Source: Octopus vulgaris
Taxonomy: Eukaryota
Length of the DNA stretch: 64,000 nt
Assembly (NCBI GenBank): GCA_951406725.2
Contig: OX597814.1
Location: forward strand, 176,638,001-176,702,000
Reading direction: 5' to 3'
Shown: piece by piece, positions 47,901 through 61,427 of the stretch
Layout of the letters: each line of letters begins with the position of its first letter
How positions within the stretch are numbered: the stretch's first letter is position 1
The notes under the pieces: generated by a model
What the model saw: only the letters and a program-made list of their open reading frames with translations
Database searches by the model: none
Told to the model about the DNA's origin: nothing
Position numbers and translations under genes: made by a program

Positions 47901-50900
47901 CTAGGGGAAAGTGGCTTTATGCCAGGTATAAAGCCATCTTCTCTTAAGAGGCTTTATGATAGAGGGATAGGAACAAATGTCTTGCAATAGAAGAGATACA
48001 CAGCTACCTTGCATTATATAGGAGTGATTGGGAAAGAAAATGAAGATATTTGTGACAAGGTGTTGGAGTATACTGTCAAGGTAGAAGGTGGATGTAAAAG
48101 AAAATGCAGATTGAGGATAAGTTTATAACAGTGTGAGGGAAAGTAACAGGTGGTTAGAGATGGGAGTAAAGGTTGATGTAGTGAATGATGTACAAGGGTG
48201 GAGTTGTGGCTGATGATGGATATCAATATTGGGGAGAAGGTATAAGAAATAGCTCGGGAAGGTGGAAGTGATAAGTGGTAATACAGGAAGTGGTAGAGAG
48301 TAGCAGTAGAGTAAGGTTGTAAATAATAAATAAAATAAATGTGCCCTTTTAAAGCCTAGCCAGGCTCATGGGCCTGGTTTCCCGGTTTCAATGACATGTT
48401 CCCCAGCTGGATGGGATGCCAGTCCATCGCAGCATTTACTCATTTTTGCCAGCTGAGTAGACTGGAGCAATGTGAAATGAAGTGTTTTGCTCAAGAACAC
48501 AATGCATCGTCCGGTCCAGAAATCGAAACCACAATCTTACGATCATGATGCTGACACTAACCACTAAGCCATGAAGGTTGTAAATAAATCAGAAAATTAG
48601 AGAGAGAGAGAGAGATAAATTAAAATGAAAATCTGATGGGAGATTTTAATTTAGATCACTTTAAACAGAAAGTTTGTATTACAAAATCCTGGATGGTTTC
48701 AGACAGTTTGTATCAAAGAGGTTAAAATGATGATGATGATAAAAGCGAAGAAGAATCATTCAGATTAGTGCTTGTTTATATTTGGTGAATGGTGCCAAAA
48801 ACTTAACAACAACAACAACAGACAATTAAATAAGCAAATTACACAGCTATTTTAAACCATACTTTCATTGATTTTCTTGTTCCATTGTTTGCTTATGACC
48901 TTTTACATTAAAATAAACATAGATTAACTATTACATAATTTCATATTTTCCCCATTATTATTTTGTTTCCCTTGCCCACAGCTTCACTGATATTTCTTTT
49001 CCCAGCCCAAGATCCTTAAAAAAAACAAAACAAAGATGGTTGTTTAAAAATTACTAATGCTCTGTATGTTTACTGATCTTGCACTTTGTAGATAAGGCAA
49101 TGAACACGAGTGAAACTTATCAGTTAAGTGATTAACAATAAGAAAGAACAAACCAGCCAAGACTATCATATCTGAGCCAATAAGGGCCTTCATAGTCACT
49201 TAACCACCTAGAAATAGCAACTGAATCTCTCACAAATTACACCATACCAACTTAGACCATCATCATCATTTACCCCTTTAGCATTTAAATTAGCTATATC
49301 CAGCCCAAATATTCAATCTTGTTTTAAGTAAATTAGCCAGATGCAACCTTTCATACCTACCCTACAATGTCATCTTAAAACTAGACAATCAAACCATTGA
49401 AATCACAAAGCTACAAGATAATTGATGACTAATGCAAAACAATGTGAATAAATAAGCATTACATTTGACACCATAATTTGGATGCTAAAGGGTTAAAGTT
49501 CATGTTTTATGCTGACATAGGTTAAATGGTTTGACGGGATCCGACGGGTCCAAGGACTGGATCATGCTCCAGTTTCTGTTCTGATATGTTTCCTGTGTCT
49601 GCATGCCCTTCCTAATGCCAATCACTTTACAGTGTGTACTAGGTGCTTTTCTCGTGCTGCTGGCATTACTGAGGTCACCATGCATCTTGCAAGAGTACTA
49701 AACCAGAGGATGGGGGAGCCTTATGTTAGCAGACGAGGATCAGGGTACGAGAAGAAGTGGTTCAGACAGGTTCTTGCTGTAAAGGAGCTACATGCAACAA
49801 TGTGGTTCCTAACATATATAACGACTGGATGATCATGGCTGGAACATCTTAGATCGTAGATCTAATTGGATCAAGGTTATCTTGGGACCTAAACAACAGT
49901 AACTCTTGTCCCAACAACATGCAAACATAAAAGAAACAATTGCAAAAATACAAGTGTAAAACAATATCATCATCATCGTTTAACGTCCGTTTTTCCATGC
50001 TAGTATGGGTTGGGACGGTTCGACTGGGGTCTGGGAAGCCAGGAGGCTGCACCAGGCTCCAGTCTGATCTGGCAGTGTTTCTACAGCTGGATGCCCTTCC
50101 TAATGCCAACCAGTCCATGAGTGTAGTGGGTGGTTTTTACGTGCCACTGGCACAGGTGCCAGGCAAGGCTGGCAACGGCCACGATTGCTTGGTACTTTTT
50201 ACATGCCACCGGCACGGAAGCCAGTCAAGGTAGCGCTGGCATCGGCCATGTTCGGATGGTGCTTTTTACGTGCCACAATCATCATAACTAGACATTTCCC
50301 AGACTGTTTTACTTTTGAGAATGGGTCTTTGCCCCTGAAATATAAAGATTTTGAGAAACTATGCTTTCAGAAGCTTTTCTCTTTTCCTTTTATTTATATA
50401 CCTGCTTTTCCATGCTTGCATAGCCAGATTTTTCTTTCTGTCGCTAATTCTTACAGGCTTTTCAATTAAAAGATCTCTTATTCCATGAAGCTCAGAAAAA
50501 GTGAAGAGAGCAGGTGATTTGTTGATGAATATATGATGTTCCTTTTTTCTTTTTTCAGTTTCCATCAACCAAATCTACTTACAAAGCTTTGGATGGACCT
50601 GGGGTTATGCTACAAGACAGCTGCACAAAGTGCAATGCAGTGGGGCTGAACTAGAAACTGAATGGTTGGGAAGTGAACTTCTTAACCACACAAGCATGCC
50701 TGTACTTACATCATAAATATGTATGTGTGTGTGTGTATATATATATTGAGACCCCCTTCGGTCATGACTGACCGTGGAATTGCACCTAGAAAGTTACCCT
50801 CCAAGGCACAAGTCCGGGCAAGGTTGTTTATGGAAGACCAGCAGTCGCCCATGCATACCGGCCTCCCCTCTCCATACCACCAGTGTTATCCAAGGGAAAG

Positions 50901-53900
50901 GTAACAGCAGATACACCTTGGTACCTGTGATGTCACAACTCATTTCTACAGCTGTAGTGAACTGGAGCAACGTGAAATAAAGTGTTTTGCTCAAGAACAC
51001 AACACGCAACCTGGTCCAGGATTCGAACTCACAACTTCACAATCATAAGCTCAACACTCCAACCACTGAGCAATGTGCCTTCACACACATATATATATAT
51101 ATATATCAATCATCATTTAGTGACTGCTTTCCATGCTGGCATAGGTTAGACAGTTTGACTGAAACTGCTAAGCTGGAGAGCTGCATCAGGCTTCAATCTG
51201 ATTTGGCATGGTTTCTATGGCTGGATGCCCTTTCCATATATATATATATAAAACAATAATAATAAAAAAACAGATATACTCACCCTTGTTGTCTCTGGGA
51301 TGCCTGCTATCAGGTTCAGAAACTACTTTGTTCCAAGCTGAAAAAAGAATTGCAGGTGTTTCAGTGTTACACATTCAAAAATAGCTAATGGAAAAATTAC
51401 TTCATTAACATAATTATGATAATAGCTTACTTAGTAAAAACATTAATTCAAGGATCCTGCTTTTTGTGCAATAAACTTTACCACTATCACCACCACTGTC
51501 ATTCATCTCAAAATTCAATTTTACATGCCTATACTGATCAGGCAAAATTCAGTGAGCAGATTTTCTACAGTTAGCTGCCCTACCTGACACAAACCCTCAC
51601 CTGTTTCTGAGCAATGTAACATTGCTCTATGGCTGAACATGTTTCCATGGAATATTAGAAACAAGGGTCATTGCTTAAATAATGGTGACACTTGTTTAGA
51701 ACTATCACACACTGACAAGACAAGGGGGCACAAAGGCAACTCAATAGCAAGTTATCTCTGCATATGTCTCCACAGCCAGGATTGACAGAAGAACAGGACT
51801 GTTGCTTTAAGATCCTTCTGTCGATTAACTCAGTGACATCAGATATGTTAGCTGATATAACGATGGTTTCTGTGATATACATGGAGGGTATGATTCAAGA
51901 AATGAAGGTGTAAGGTTATTGTTGTTCTGTGAAGCAACTGACCAAGCAATTTGGAACACACTTTAAGAAGCCAGCCAACCCAGCAACCACCTCAACACTT
52001 ATCAATCTGGCAAACAAACATCGGATAGATTACATTTTTCTTCAGGAAATGGGACAGAAGGACATTCCTGGTGGAAAATGCACCATGCAACATAGATTAG
52101 GGGCTGGTGACTTCAGATTCAGAGAGAAACTGACAGAAACTGAAGACAATATGGAGGAGACATGGGAACTAAAAGATCCTGCAATAGGGAATAGATTTAG
52201 AGAAATTCTAACTGATGTGTATGATTACAGGGAGAAAAATTTAGATATCTGTAGCATAAATGACAACTGAGAATTTCAGTGAAGATACCTGCTTGGAGCC
52301 ACAGATCAGACATGTGGCTGGAGTATGAGATAGTTGATAGGGGGAAAATGTTTAAGAGATATGATTCGAAGGAAGGTCATCAAAGGGAGTATTATCAAAT
52401 TAGAAGAGCAACTAGGAGACAGGTATACTTGGTTAAGGGTGAAGCAGAAAGGAAGAGATTAATGCATGTCATGCAATGTGAGGATTAGAGGTGTAAAGTG
52501 TTCAGGGTTGCAAGAGTGTGTGACAGAGAACCCAGGTGTCACTGGTAAGAAGAATATTCAAAATAATGAAGGCATACTTGCCATAAATATGGAAGACAAG
52601 TAAGTGGTATGGAAGTGCTATTATGAGAGGTAGCTGAACATGGTAGATAAAGCAATGAAGAATATGAAGGACGAGAAAACTGAAGGCCCATCAGGGATAG
52701 TTGCAGATATTGTAAACTGCTTCGAAGTCAAAGGAAATATTTTAGGGAGAAGTAACTATAGCGGAATCAAACTACTGGATCAAGTCATGAAGATCACAGA
52801 GAGAATCATAGCACAACCGATCAGGACAGAACAGACTTTGATGAGATGCAGCTTGGCCTTGTGCCTAGAAGTACTATGGATGCAGTATTCCAGTGAGGTA
52901 ATTTCAGGAGAAATACTTGGCAAAGAGTAAACCACTGTTCCTGGTATTCACTGACTTGGAGAAGAGTTTGATAGGGTATCACCTTCAGTAATTTGGTGGT
53001 TTCTAAGGAAACTAGGTGTTGAAGAATGGCTTGTTAGTGGGGTTGTATAAGTTATGTACAAAGATGCAGTTAGTCAGGGACGACAAAGATTTCAGAGACA
53101 AACTTAGTGCAAAAGTAGGACTCCATCAAGGTTCAGTCCTCTTTCTTCTCATCGTAAGTCTTACAGGTTATCATGGAGGAGTTCAAGGCTGGTTGTGTAT
53201 GGGAAGTCCTATATGTTGATGACCTATGTAGTGGAATTAGAGAGGAAATTCTAGGCATAGAAGCCAAACCTAAAATCAAGAGGCCTCAAGGACTCTGGTA
53301 TCTTTGGGAAAATGCTTTGCTTGAAATGCAGAAAGGGAATGAGTATAAACTCCATGTGCTGTACCAAATGTTAGCTATGGACATTCAAGAGGTATAGTGG
53401 AGTCACAGACAGACTAACAAATAAAGTAAGCTTCATACATGACAGATGTACTGGAGCAGTATGAATTATGAGCATACCAAAAATAGTTTCTTTTAAATGC
53501 CCAGACAAGTCCTTAGAAGTACACTGTAGCTTTTGTTACCTAGGACATGGGATTAGCAAGGGAGGTTGTTGCTCTGAAAGAGTGGTAGCCAAGGTAAGAA
53601 CAGGTTCATCATTATCATCGTCATTTAATGTCTGTTTTCCATGCTGGTATGGGTTGGATGGTTTGACTGAAAACCAGTAAGCTGTACCAGGTCCCAATTT
53701 GATTTGGTATTGATGACCTTCCTAACACCAACCACTCCAACAGGAGAAAGCAGATCTCATGACCTTGAACCTAACGGGAGATGAGTGAGGACCATGATTT
53801 GAGTTCAAATACTACTAAGGTCAACTTTGTTCTTCATCCTTTGTCTTGTCTTGAGAAAGCATTCACCCGGGGTGGGTTGAGCTGGCTTCATTCATCCTTA

Positions 53901-54944
53901 ATGCTGCATCTCTCACAAACGCCGACCAGACCTGGCGATTTGAGGCTAACAACCGCGTGATCTCCAACCATCTCCTTATTCCAGTGGCGAATGAACGCCA
54001 TAGATATGGGGGCCTAGGTTGGGTTCCAGATCAGCCTTGACTGTCATCAGCCAGGTTTTTCGTTGTCCACCACATTGCTTTCGCCAACCCTTTGCAGGAT
54101 AACGAGGTAAGTACCAACTGAACACTAGGATATAATCAACTTCTCCTCCCCGTCAAAATTGCAACCCCTGTGTCAATATTAGAATTAATATTATTATTAT
54201 AACTGATTAGTGTACTTGACTGGTACTTCATAATTGATTTGGGTAAGATGAAAGGTAAATTTGAGGTTGTAAGGACTTGAACTCAAAATGTGAAGAGCTG
54301 AAAGAAGCACCCCCAAAGCATTTCATCTGACATTCACTCTCTTCTGATTACACATATTTTTAGGGATGAGTATACTGACCCCCAAATGTAATGCTTTTTA
54401 TAACACCACAGAGATAATAAAAATAAGCTATGCTTGTGTGTGAAAATCAAAACAGTGACATGACCTAGATAACTTATTACATCTAGGTCAGCCGAGAACC
54501 ATTTGTGTTTAACCTATTGCTCTAAAAATAAGATATAATAATGTATGAAATCTACTAGACAGTAAAAAAAATGTGCTCTGTGCCTGAGACCATAAGCATT
54601 ATATGATGATGATGATGGCAAAACAAGCAGAGAAACCTGCCTGCACATAAGTACAATAACTGCAACCAAAATGTTAACTTATGACCTTGGGCTCACATAA
54701 ATATAAACACAATGTATACAGAAATTTAAAATGCAACAATGACAGCTTCTAATTTTAAACTGCTTAAGTAAATAAACAAAATATTTTGATATTTGATACA
54801 CACACACACACACAGATAATAGACATAAAATATATACATTTCAGCAGTAACTCCTGGTATATGCTATTTTAAAAATCAAAGCCAAATAATGGAATCAGGG
54901 AACATATAGCATGTATGTGCTCTCTCTTTAGCTCACTATCTCTC

Positions 54945-54981
<37 letters not shown>

Positions 54982-57280
54982 AGATGTTATTTGCATCCAT
55001 TTATATACTCTTTTACTTGTTTCAGTCATTTGACTGTGGCCATGCTGGAGCACCGCCTTTAGTTGAGCAAATCGATCCCAGGATTATTCTTTGTAAGCCT
55101 AGTACTTATTCTATCGGTCTCTTTTGCCAAACCACTAAGTTACGGGGACATAAACACACCAGCATCGGTTGTCAAGTGATGGTGGGGACAAACACAGACA
55201 CACAAACATACATATATGTATACATATATATAACAAGCTTCTTTCAGTTTCCGTCAACCAAATCCACTCACAAGGCTTTGGTTGGCCCGAGGCTATAGTA
55301 GAAGACACTTGCCCAAGGTGCTACGCAGTGGGACTGAACCTGGAACCATGTGGTTGGTAAGCAAGCTACTTACCACACAGCCACTCCTACGCCATATATA
55401 AGATATGTATTGCAAGCCTTGCATTCTTGCAGGAAATACCACATTTCTATATGTAGAAGTTAGAAAGTGGCCCAAGAGCTGGGTGTTTCCTTCATCAGAG
55501 TTTCATAAGTACCATGCATGAAATTTGACCCATGAGCCACTATAACTTCTATCAATTAGATATAGTAAAATATATATACTCATGTATTTACACAGACATA
55601 CATCCATCATCAAAATAATGATAAGTCATTTCTACTATAGGCACAAGGCCTGAAATTTGGGGGAGGGGGTTAGTTGATTACCTCAACCCCAGTGTTCCAC
55701 TGGTACTTATTTTATCGATCCCAAAAGGATGAAAGGAGTCAACCTCAACAGTATTTGAACTCAAAACATAAAAATGGATGAAATACCACTAAGCATTTCA
55801 TCTTGCGAACAATAATGATAATCCTTTCTACTATAGGCACAAGGCCTAAACTTTGTGGGGAGGGGGATGGCCGTGCACATTGACCCCAGTGTTTCACTGG
55901 TACTAAATTTATCGACCCTGAAAAGATGAAAGGCAAAGTTGACCTTGGCAGAATTTGAACTCAGAATGTAACGACAAAATACCGCTAAGCATTTTGCCAG
56001 GTGTGCTAATGATTGTGCCAGCTCATCGCCTTGAATATTATAATAATAATACCATATAACATCTGTCTTCAATGCTGGCATGTTTTGGATGCATGAACAG
56101 GATATGACTAGCCAGAGGACTGTATTGAGTTCCAGTGTCTGCATTGACATGGTTTCTATGGCTGAATGCCCTTCCTAATGCCAACCTCTTAAGAGTGTAC
56201 TGGATGCTTTTTTCATGACACTAGCCCTAGTGAGTTCAAGGCCCTCTTGATTGAGTGGGGGGAGGGCAGTACTGAAGGGGTAGCTTTGCACCAGGTGTTG
56301 AGAAGCTAATGTATGATAGGCAAGGGCAGGTGTTTTGCTGTAGAGGGAGCTACATGGCTACCCCAGCTAGAAAGGATGGTGATAATGAAATGTCAGGGTG
56401 CACCCTCAAGGTATAAGAACAGAAGCAGTTAGAAATAAGAGAGAAATAGAGATAGAAGATCAGGAATGGGTAGATAGATTCACAAGAATATGAAAGGAGA
56501 GTGACAAATGGGGACAGAAGTGAATGCCATGATTGATGAACACAGGCAGAAGCTTGGTCAATGACAAATCTCTCTCTTCCTAGCTTAAGGGTAGAGTATT
56601 TGAAAGGAAGAGGAAGCCTCATGCCAAGTTTTGAGAGGCAAAAGTACATCTCTTGCTATAAAGAAGATACATAGCTACTCTGCATTATATAAAGGTTTCA
56701 AGTGTTTCAAAAATACACATCATCAGAAGTGCTCACGTGTTGATGATGACGATGATAGCAGTCGAGGTCATGGAGATTTTAGGGAAGGTTACAATGATAA
56801 TGGAATGACACTGACAACAATAAGATGATGTTAAGAAGAAATACGTATTTCTTTACTACCCACAAGGGGCTAAACACAGAGGGGACAAACAAGGACAGAC
56901 AAACGGATTAAGTCGATTATATCGACCCCAGTGAGTAACTGGTACTTAATTTATCGACCCCGAAAGGATGAAAGGCAAAGTCGACCGTGGCGGAGTTTGA
57001 ACTCAGAATGTAATGGCAGACGAAATACGGCTACGCATTTCGCCCGGCGTGCTAACGTTTCTGCCAGCTCGCCACCTAAGAAGAAATATGGTCTTTTGTA
57101 TGGCAAGAAAGATGATGTGATATTGCTGGTGATAACAACAATATGGACAGGACTTCGTAATACTTACAATCTGTTAAATATTTAACAATATCGTCGTGTT
57201 GAGACTGCGACTCTGATGGGTAGCTATTCTGTCGATGCACACTCACAGCTCGCTTCCCATTAAATACAGATTTCTGAGAG
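38378..57280 (-). CDS. MCRIP2: MAPK-regulated corepressor-interacting protein (MCRIP/FAM195 family); 4 confident coding exons
   Basis: Spliced peptide SQKSVFNGKRAVSVHRQNSYPSESQSQHDDIVKYLTDSWNKVVSEPDSRHPRDNKASNPTWYKEKCPNPQMENFKPFDLDKWCNQRTLEKPRGTT* matches FAM195 motifs (V.NGKR, HEENVRF..EAW, Y.E..PNP.L.NF.PIDLD.W). All introns GT-AG with consistent phases. Likely a single pro-orthologue of MCRIP1/2. Confidence 0.9.
38578..38806 (-). mobile_element. SINE family B (an inverted copy lies at 39523-39785)
   Basis: Family B consensus. Confidence 0.85.
40110..40540 (-). mobile_element. Old RTE LINE 3' ORF fragment
   Basis: EDIWRLERNE, CCVQERRL and RGRPRMAW. Confidence 0.8.
40700..41092 (-). mobile_element. 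Full-length SINE family A inserted in a piggyBac-type MITE (~40595-41220)
   Basis: MITE halves lie on both sides; 'tgatgt' occurs at both junctions. Confidence 0.8.
42168..42628 (-). mobile_element. RTE 3' tail with ~67-bp tandem modules
   Basis: Four to five copies of 'gtgctttttatgtgccaccggcacagaagcc...'. Confidence 0.85.
44642..44692 (-). CDS. MCRIP2: MCRIP exon (51 nt; (A)SNPTWYKEKCPNPQME)
   Basis: Acceptor 'ttctttcattttcag', donor AGA|GTAAGT; phase 1-1. Confidence 0.9.
44917..45320 (+). mobile_element. Full-length SINE family A
   Basis: Complete head-microsatellite-tail structure. Confidence 0.85.
45910..46210 (+). mobile_element. Old RTE-derived element joining 5'-UTR and 3'-end sequence (Bov-A-like architecture)
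   Basis: 'gacttgcgtgctcaaagatcctgagagctatgcc...cccatgccagacaag' resembles RTE/Bov-B 5' ends; 'gataacctatgcttc' resembles an RTE 3' end. Confidence 0.45.
46871..46910 (+). ncRNA. Minimal type I hammerhead ribozyme motif in a Penelope-like repeat end (~46805-47020)
   Basis: attt-CTGACGA-A-GAGC tcc GCTC-GAAACGTT-aaat: core, helix II, palindromic AACGTT helix III and 4-bp helix I. Confidence 0.6.
48330..48575 (-). mobile_element. SINE family D
   Basis: Reverse complement of 21140-21400; 'aaggttgtaaataa' occurs on both flanks. Confidence 0.85.
49966..50276 (-). mobile_element. RTE 3' tail fragment
   Basis: Same tail as the other copies. Confidence 0.85.
51284..51337 (-). CDS. MCRIP2: MCRIP exon (54 nt; (S)WNKVVSEPDSRHPRDNK)
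   Basis: Acceptor 'attcttttttcag', donor AGG|GTGAGT; phase 1-1. Confidence 0.9.
51850..53605 (+). mobile_element. Heavily decayed, internally deleted RTE LINE
   Basis: RIDYI, CTMQHRL, GPSGIVAD, NYSGIKLLDQVMK, VGLHQGSVL, LYVDDL and FCYLG motifs in broken frames. Confidence 0.85.
53845..54100 (-). mobile_element. 3' end of a second RTE-related LINE family inserted in a family B SINE
   Basis: Minus-strand GWRKQCGGQRKTWLMTVKADLEP; short (CAAGA)n tail. Confidence 0.6.
55005..55392 (-). mobile_element. Full-length SINE family A
   Basis: Family A consensus. Confidence 0.85.
55620..56032 (-). mobile_element. Tandem family B SINEs
   Basis: Two copies with the 'aggccttgtgcctatagtagaaa' tail. Confidence 0.75.
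56843..57076 (-). mobile_element. Young SINE family B copy
   Basis: 'taagaagaaata' occurs on both flanks (TSD-like). Confidence 0.85.
57168..57280 (-). CDS. MCRIP2: MCRIP exon (113 nt; SQKSVFNGKR...HDDIVKYLTD)
   Basis: Acceptor 'tttatttatttgtag', donor ATT|GTAAGT; phase 2 to 1. Confidence 0.9.
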
Positions 57281-57869
57281 CTACAAATAAATAAACAAAT
57301 AAGCACATAAAAACATGTAAATGAAATATCAAGTATCTTATAAGCAAATACAATCTAAGTATAATTATTCTGCCGAACAAATCAGCTTCCAATAAGTTCA
57401 CTCATTTCCCTTAATTCATTTGATTATTTTTTTTTTAATTATACTGGTCAAAAATTATTTGTAATTCTTATATTATATATAAAAATGTCAACTATACTAT
57501 GATGATAAGGTCTAATAAACTGAAACATATCCATAGTTGTTCAATGCCTGTAATCAAAGATGAAATAATTTTTTTCAGGTTGAGTAGCCCATCCCACTCA
57601 AAAGGTCCCTGAATAAGGTTTAAGGATGATGAATGAAACATCCATATTTCCAGGGGTGAATTATTCAAACCCCAAAGAATCCCTTTCAACACATCTCTAT
57701 GGTGCTCCCCTACTACCCTTGGTGATCAGAGATGCACATATTGACAGCCACTAAGGGACATGCTCAACTGATTGAAGTCGAGCAGTCTGTGATACTGAGC
57801 AGAATATTCGCTGTAGCCCATCTTTTACACCAAGATGAAACATGCATGTGTTAACACTTCTAATCAGAA

Positions 57870-58325
57870 GTCAAGGCAGTAAACTGGCAGAATTACATCA
57901 GAAAAAAATGCTTAGCAGCACTTTGTCTTTATGTTCTGGGTTCAAATTCTATCAAGGTCGACTGTCCTCCATCCTTTTGGGGTCAATGAAATAAGTATCA
58001 TCACATGCTGGGGTCGACGTAATCAACAGCCCCTTCACCCAAAATTTTAGGCCTTGTGCCTTTAGTAGAAAGGATTATTATTATTATTATTAAGGTGCTG
58101 AGCTGGCAGAATCATTAGAAAACTGGGCAAAATGCTTAGCAGCATTTCGTCTGTCTTCACGTTCTGAGGTCGAGTTCCGCCTAGGTCAACTTTGCCTTTC
58201 ATCCTTTCAGGGTCGATGAAATAAGTACCAGTTATGTAATAGGGTTGATGAAATCGACTATCCCCATCCCCCAAATGTCAGGCCTTGTGCCTATAGTAGA
58301 AAGGGTTATTATTATTATTATTATT
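57870..58325 (+). mobile_element. Tandem family B SINEs
   Basis: Two head-core-tail copies. Confidence 0.75.
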
Positions 58326-61300
58326 ATTAGTAGTATTAGTAGTAGCAATGATAGTAGTATAGTAGCGGAAGCAGCAGCAATAAAAAAATACATATACACA
58401 CATCCAGCATTCAAATGATACTGTGACTTTTAATTAATCCCTTAGGCATTAAAAAAAAGGAACAAAGTTAAAAAACACACACAAAAAATAACAACAACAA
58501 CAACAACAATAATGAATCACCAGCAAATTCCTTTGTAAGCAAGAATTATTTCCAAGCTATTGAAACAATCAGGCTATGAGCAATAATGATAATAATAACT
58601 CTTTAACACCAAATGACTAGCATAACAATAAAATTAAATCAGTTAATTTCCTCTTGCCAGCAGCAGAGAGAGAGAGAAGATCAGAATTGTTCTACAGTGT
58701 TAATGCACTGCTGGAATCTAAGCTGATGAGCAGAAGCAGCTTTTTCATAAGAGAATAATGAGAGTCTGAGTTAGTTCTGAGTTGCATCCCTATGCTATAG
58801 GTATTAAATTCTCATTGCTAACGAGAAATTTACCAAGGGTAATAATGCCTTTAGTATTTTTTTGTCTTTTTAAATCTAAAGGCGTGGCAAAGGCATAGGG
58901 TGTGGCTATGTGGTTAAGAAGTTTGCTTTCCAACTACTCTGGTGTTGGGTTCAGTCCCACAGCATGGTCCCTTGGACAAGTGTTCTTCAAGTATAGCATC
59001 AGGCCGACCAAAGCCTTTGCAAGTGGATTTGGTGGTGGGGCAGAGTCTGGCCAAGTAAAATAACAGTTCTGGGAGATGCTATTTGAACGACACTTTGGTT
59101 TTAGTATGGCAACAATCATGCTTAACCCTTTAGCATTTAAACTGAAGCTAATGTTTTAGCTTCAAGCTGGCCAGTTCCAGCCTCCCACACTTTTCTTACA
59201 ATGTTATTCTAAAAAATAAACAATAATATCATTGAAATCTCAAAGCTACAAGGTAATACATGACTAATTTATATCAATGTCAATAAATAAGCATTACATT
59301 TGACAAAGAAATATGAATGCTAAAGGGTTCCTTTCTATCATCTTGGGGCTTGATCGTTAGTTTGTTTGCTTAATGATCATTTTCCTATGCTATATTCTAT
59401 GACCAGATTCCCTTTTTGCTGCCAATCCTTATCTGCTTTTATAATGTTAACAAGGAAATGTTAACATCATAATCACCATTGTGCTTGGACTTGTGCCAAA
59501 TGAAACTGTGCACTGTCAACATTCACATATATATGCACACACAATGGGCTTCCATAAAGTTTCCATCTACCTATTCTGCTCACAAAGGATTGGTGGCCCG
59601 GTGCTATAGTAGAAGACACTTACCCAAGGTGCTGTGTAGTGATACTGAACCTGAAATCACATGGTTGGGGAGTGAACTTCTTAACCACACAGCCATGCCC
59701 GCACCTGATAGTGTTCAATAAAAATAATTTTGAATATTTCTTTTTTGGAATGGTTTAACTTGAAGCAAATAAAGCTATATATAATAGTGTGTAAATGTTG
59801 AATTAAAAATCCTTTGGACAGAAAAAAGTTGACAACATACAATTTTTGCAAGTAAGAACAAATTTCTAAAACAGATAGAGAAATTCAAAGGATAACTTTG
59901 GTCCCAGGTAGAACATCCAACATATTTACAAGAGATGAGATGTGGGTTTATATCTCACAGGCAGCCTTTGACCCCTTCTATCCAAAGGGGGCTTTTAACT
60001 CAATATCTACATGCTTTCATTTACAGCTTTAACTCCTTTGAGTTAAACCATTCCAAATCAAGAATTATTTCATGGTTTCTCCAAATTTATAAATTCTAAT
60101 GACATTAACAATTTTGAATATGTTTGTTCAAATTAAGAACATTTTGGAAGATCAAGAGGAAGATAAATTTTGTTAGGTGCTGTGGATTTAGAAAAGATTA
60201 AGTGAATGGCTAGTGGTAAGGAGGTGAGAATGAGAGATTAGTTTTCTGGACAAAATAATGGTTTATCACAGGTTATACATTAAACATTACCAGAGCACCT
60301 ATTCTTGACAGTTAGATGAAATAAAGCAACACTGAATATAAAGTCCTGTTCAGAAATACAATAAAATATTTGAGTAACTACCTGGACTACCTGGCCTTCA
60401 GGTATCTTCAGCAGAGTACATTTTGTTGCAAGCATTTGAATTAGGTCCTTCATCTCAAGATAACTTCCTCCACCAGTCATAAGTGCCCAGCAATGGCTCA
60501 GGTGTGCCAGTTTTTCTCCTCTAAGTGGTAATTTTTTTTTTAATTTACAATTTTGCTGTTTGACACAGGCACGGCCATGTGGCTAAGGCATTCTCATTCA
60601 ATCATGTGGCCCCAAGTTTGATCCCATTCTGTGGAATCTTAGACAAGCATCTTTGAATCTAACCTCAGCAGATCATTCTAAACCTCATCAGTAAGGTTGG
60701 GTAAACAGAAAATGTATTAAAGCCCAACAGATAAACTGTGCCTGTAACTAAACCCTTTAACCTTCAGATTACTTTGTCAAATTTAATGCTTCCTTATTCA
60801 CATTGTTTTGAATTAATCATGCATTATCTCACAACTTTGAGATTTCAATGACGTGATTGTATAATTTGTAGTATGACATTGTAGGGTAGGTGTGAGAGGC
60901 CAGATCTGGTCAGTTTCAACATAAAACTGGTAGGATACTCGAGCCATATATGGCCAGTTTAAATGCTAGAGTTAAAGAGGCAACTTGGTCACACACACAC
61001 ACACAGTATCATACTGATTCTGCCTGAAGTTTACATTAATGGTACAAGTTCTGGAATATTTGGCCACAGATGTTATAATTCAATGAAAAGGTAATTCTAT
61101 TAATTGAGTAACTGGAACACTCACCCTCAAAACTGGTGGAGGATTTATTTACACAATTTACTTTATTGCTGCTTAATTGAGAATGAGCTATAGAATTCTG
61201 GCATTGATCTTCGTACTTCTTGCATACAAATAAAATATTCCACTAATTAAATTAATGCTCAATCAATTATACAATTAAGTGATAAACATCAGCAATGTTG

Positions 61301-61427
61301 ATATAATTTAATTTTCTTAAGTGGGAGCCTATAATCTGTCAGGCAAAGTGAGGCAAGTAAATTTGAGCCTTGACAAGGAGGGCACCACATTTGCTGATAT
61401 AAGGGTTAAGCCCACGACCATCTAGAC

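Noticed and set aside
60280-60520. Minus-strand ORF as an MCRIP exon
   Set aside because: A-rich acceptor, phase-0 donors incompatible with the phase-2 start of the next exon, no family similarity.
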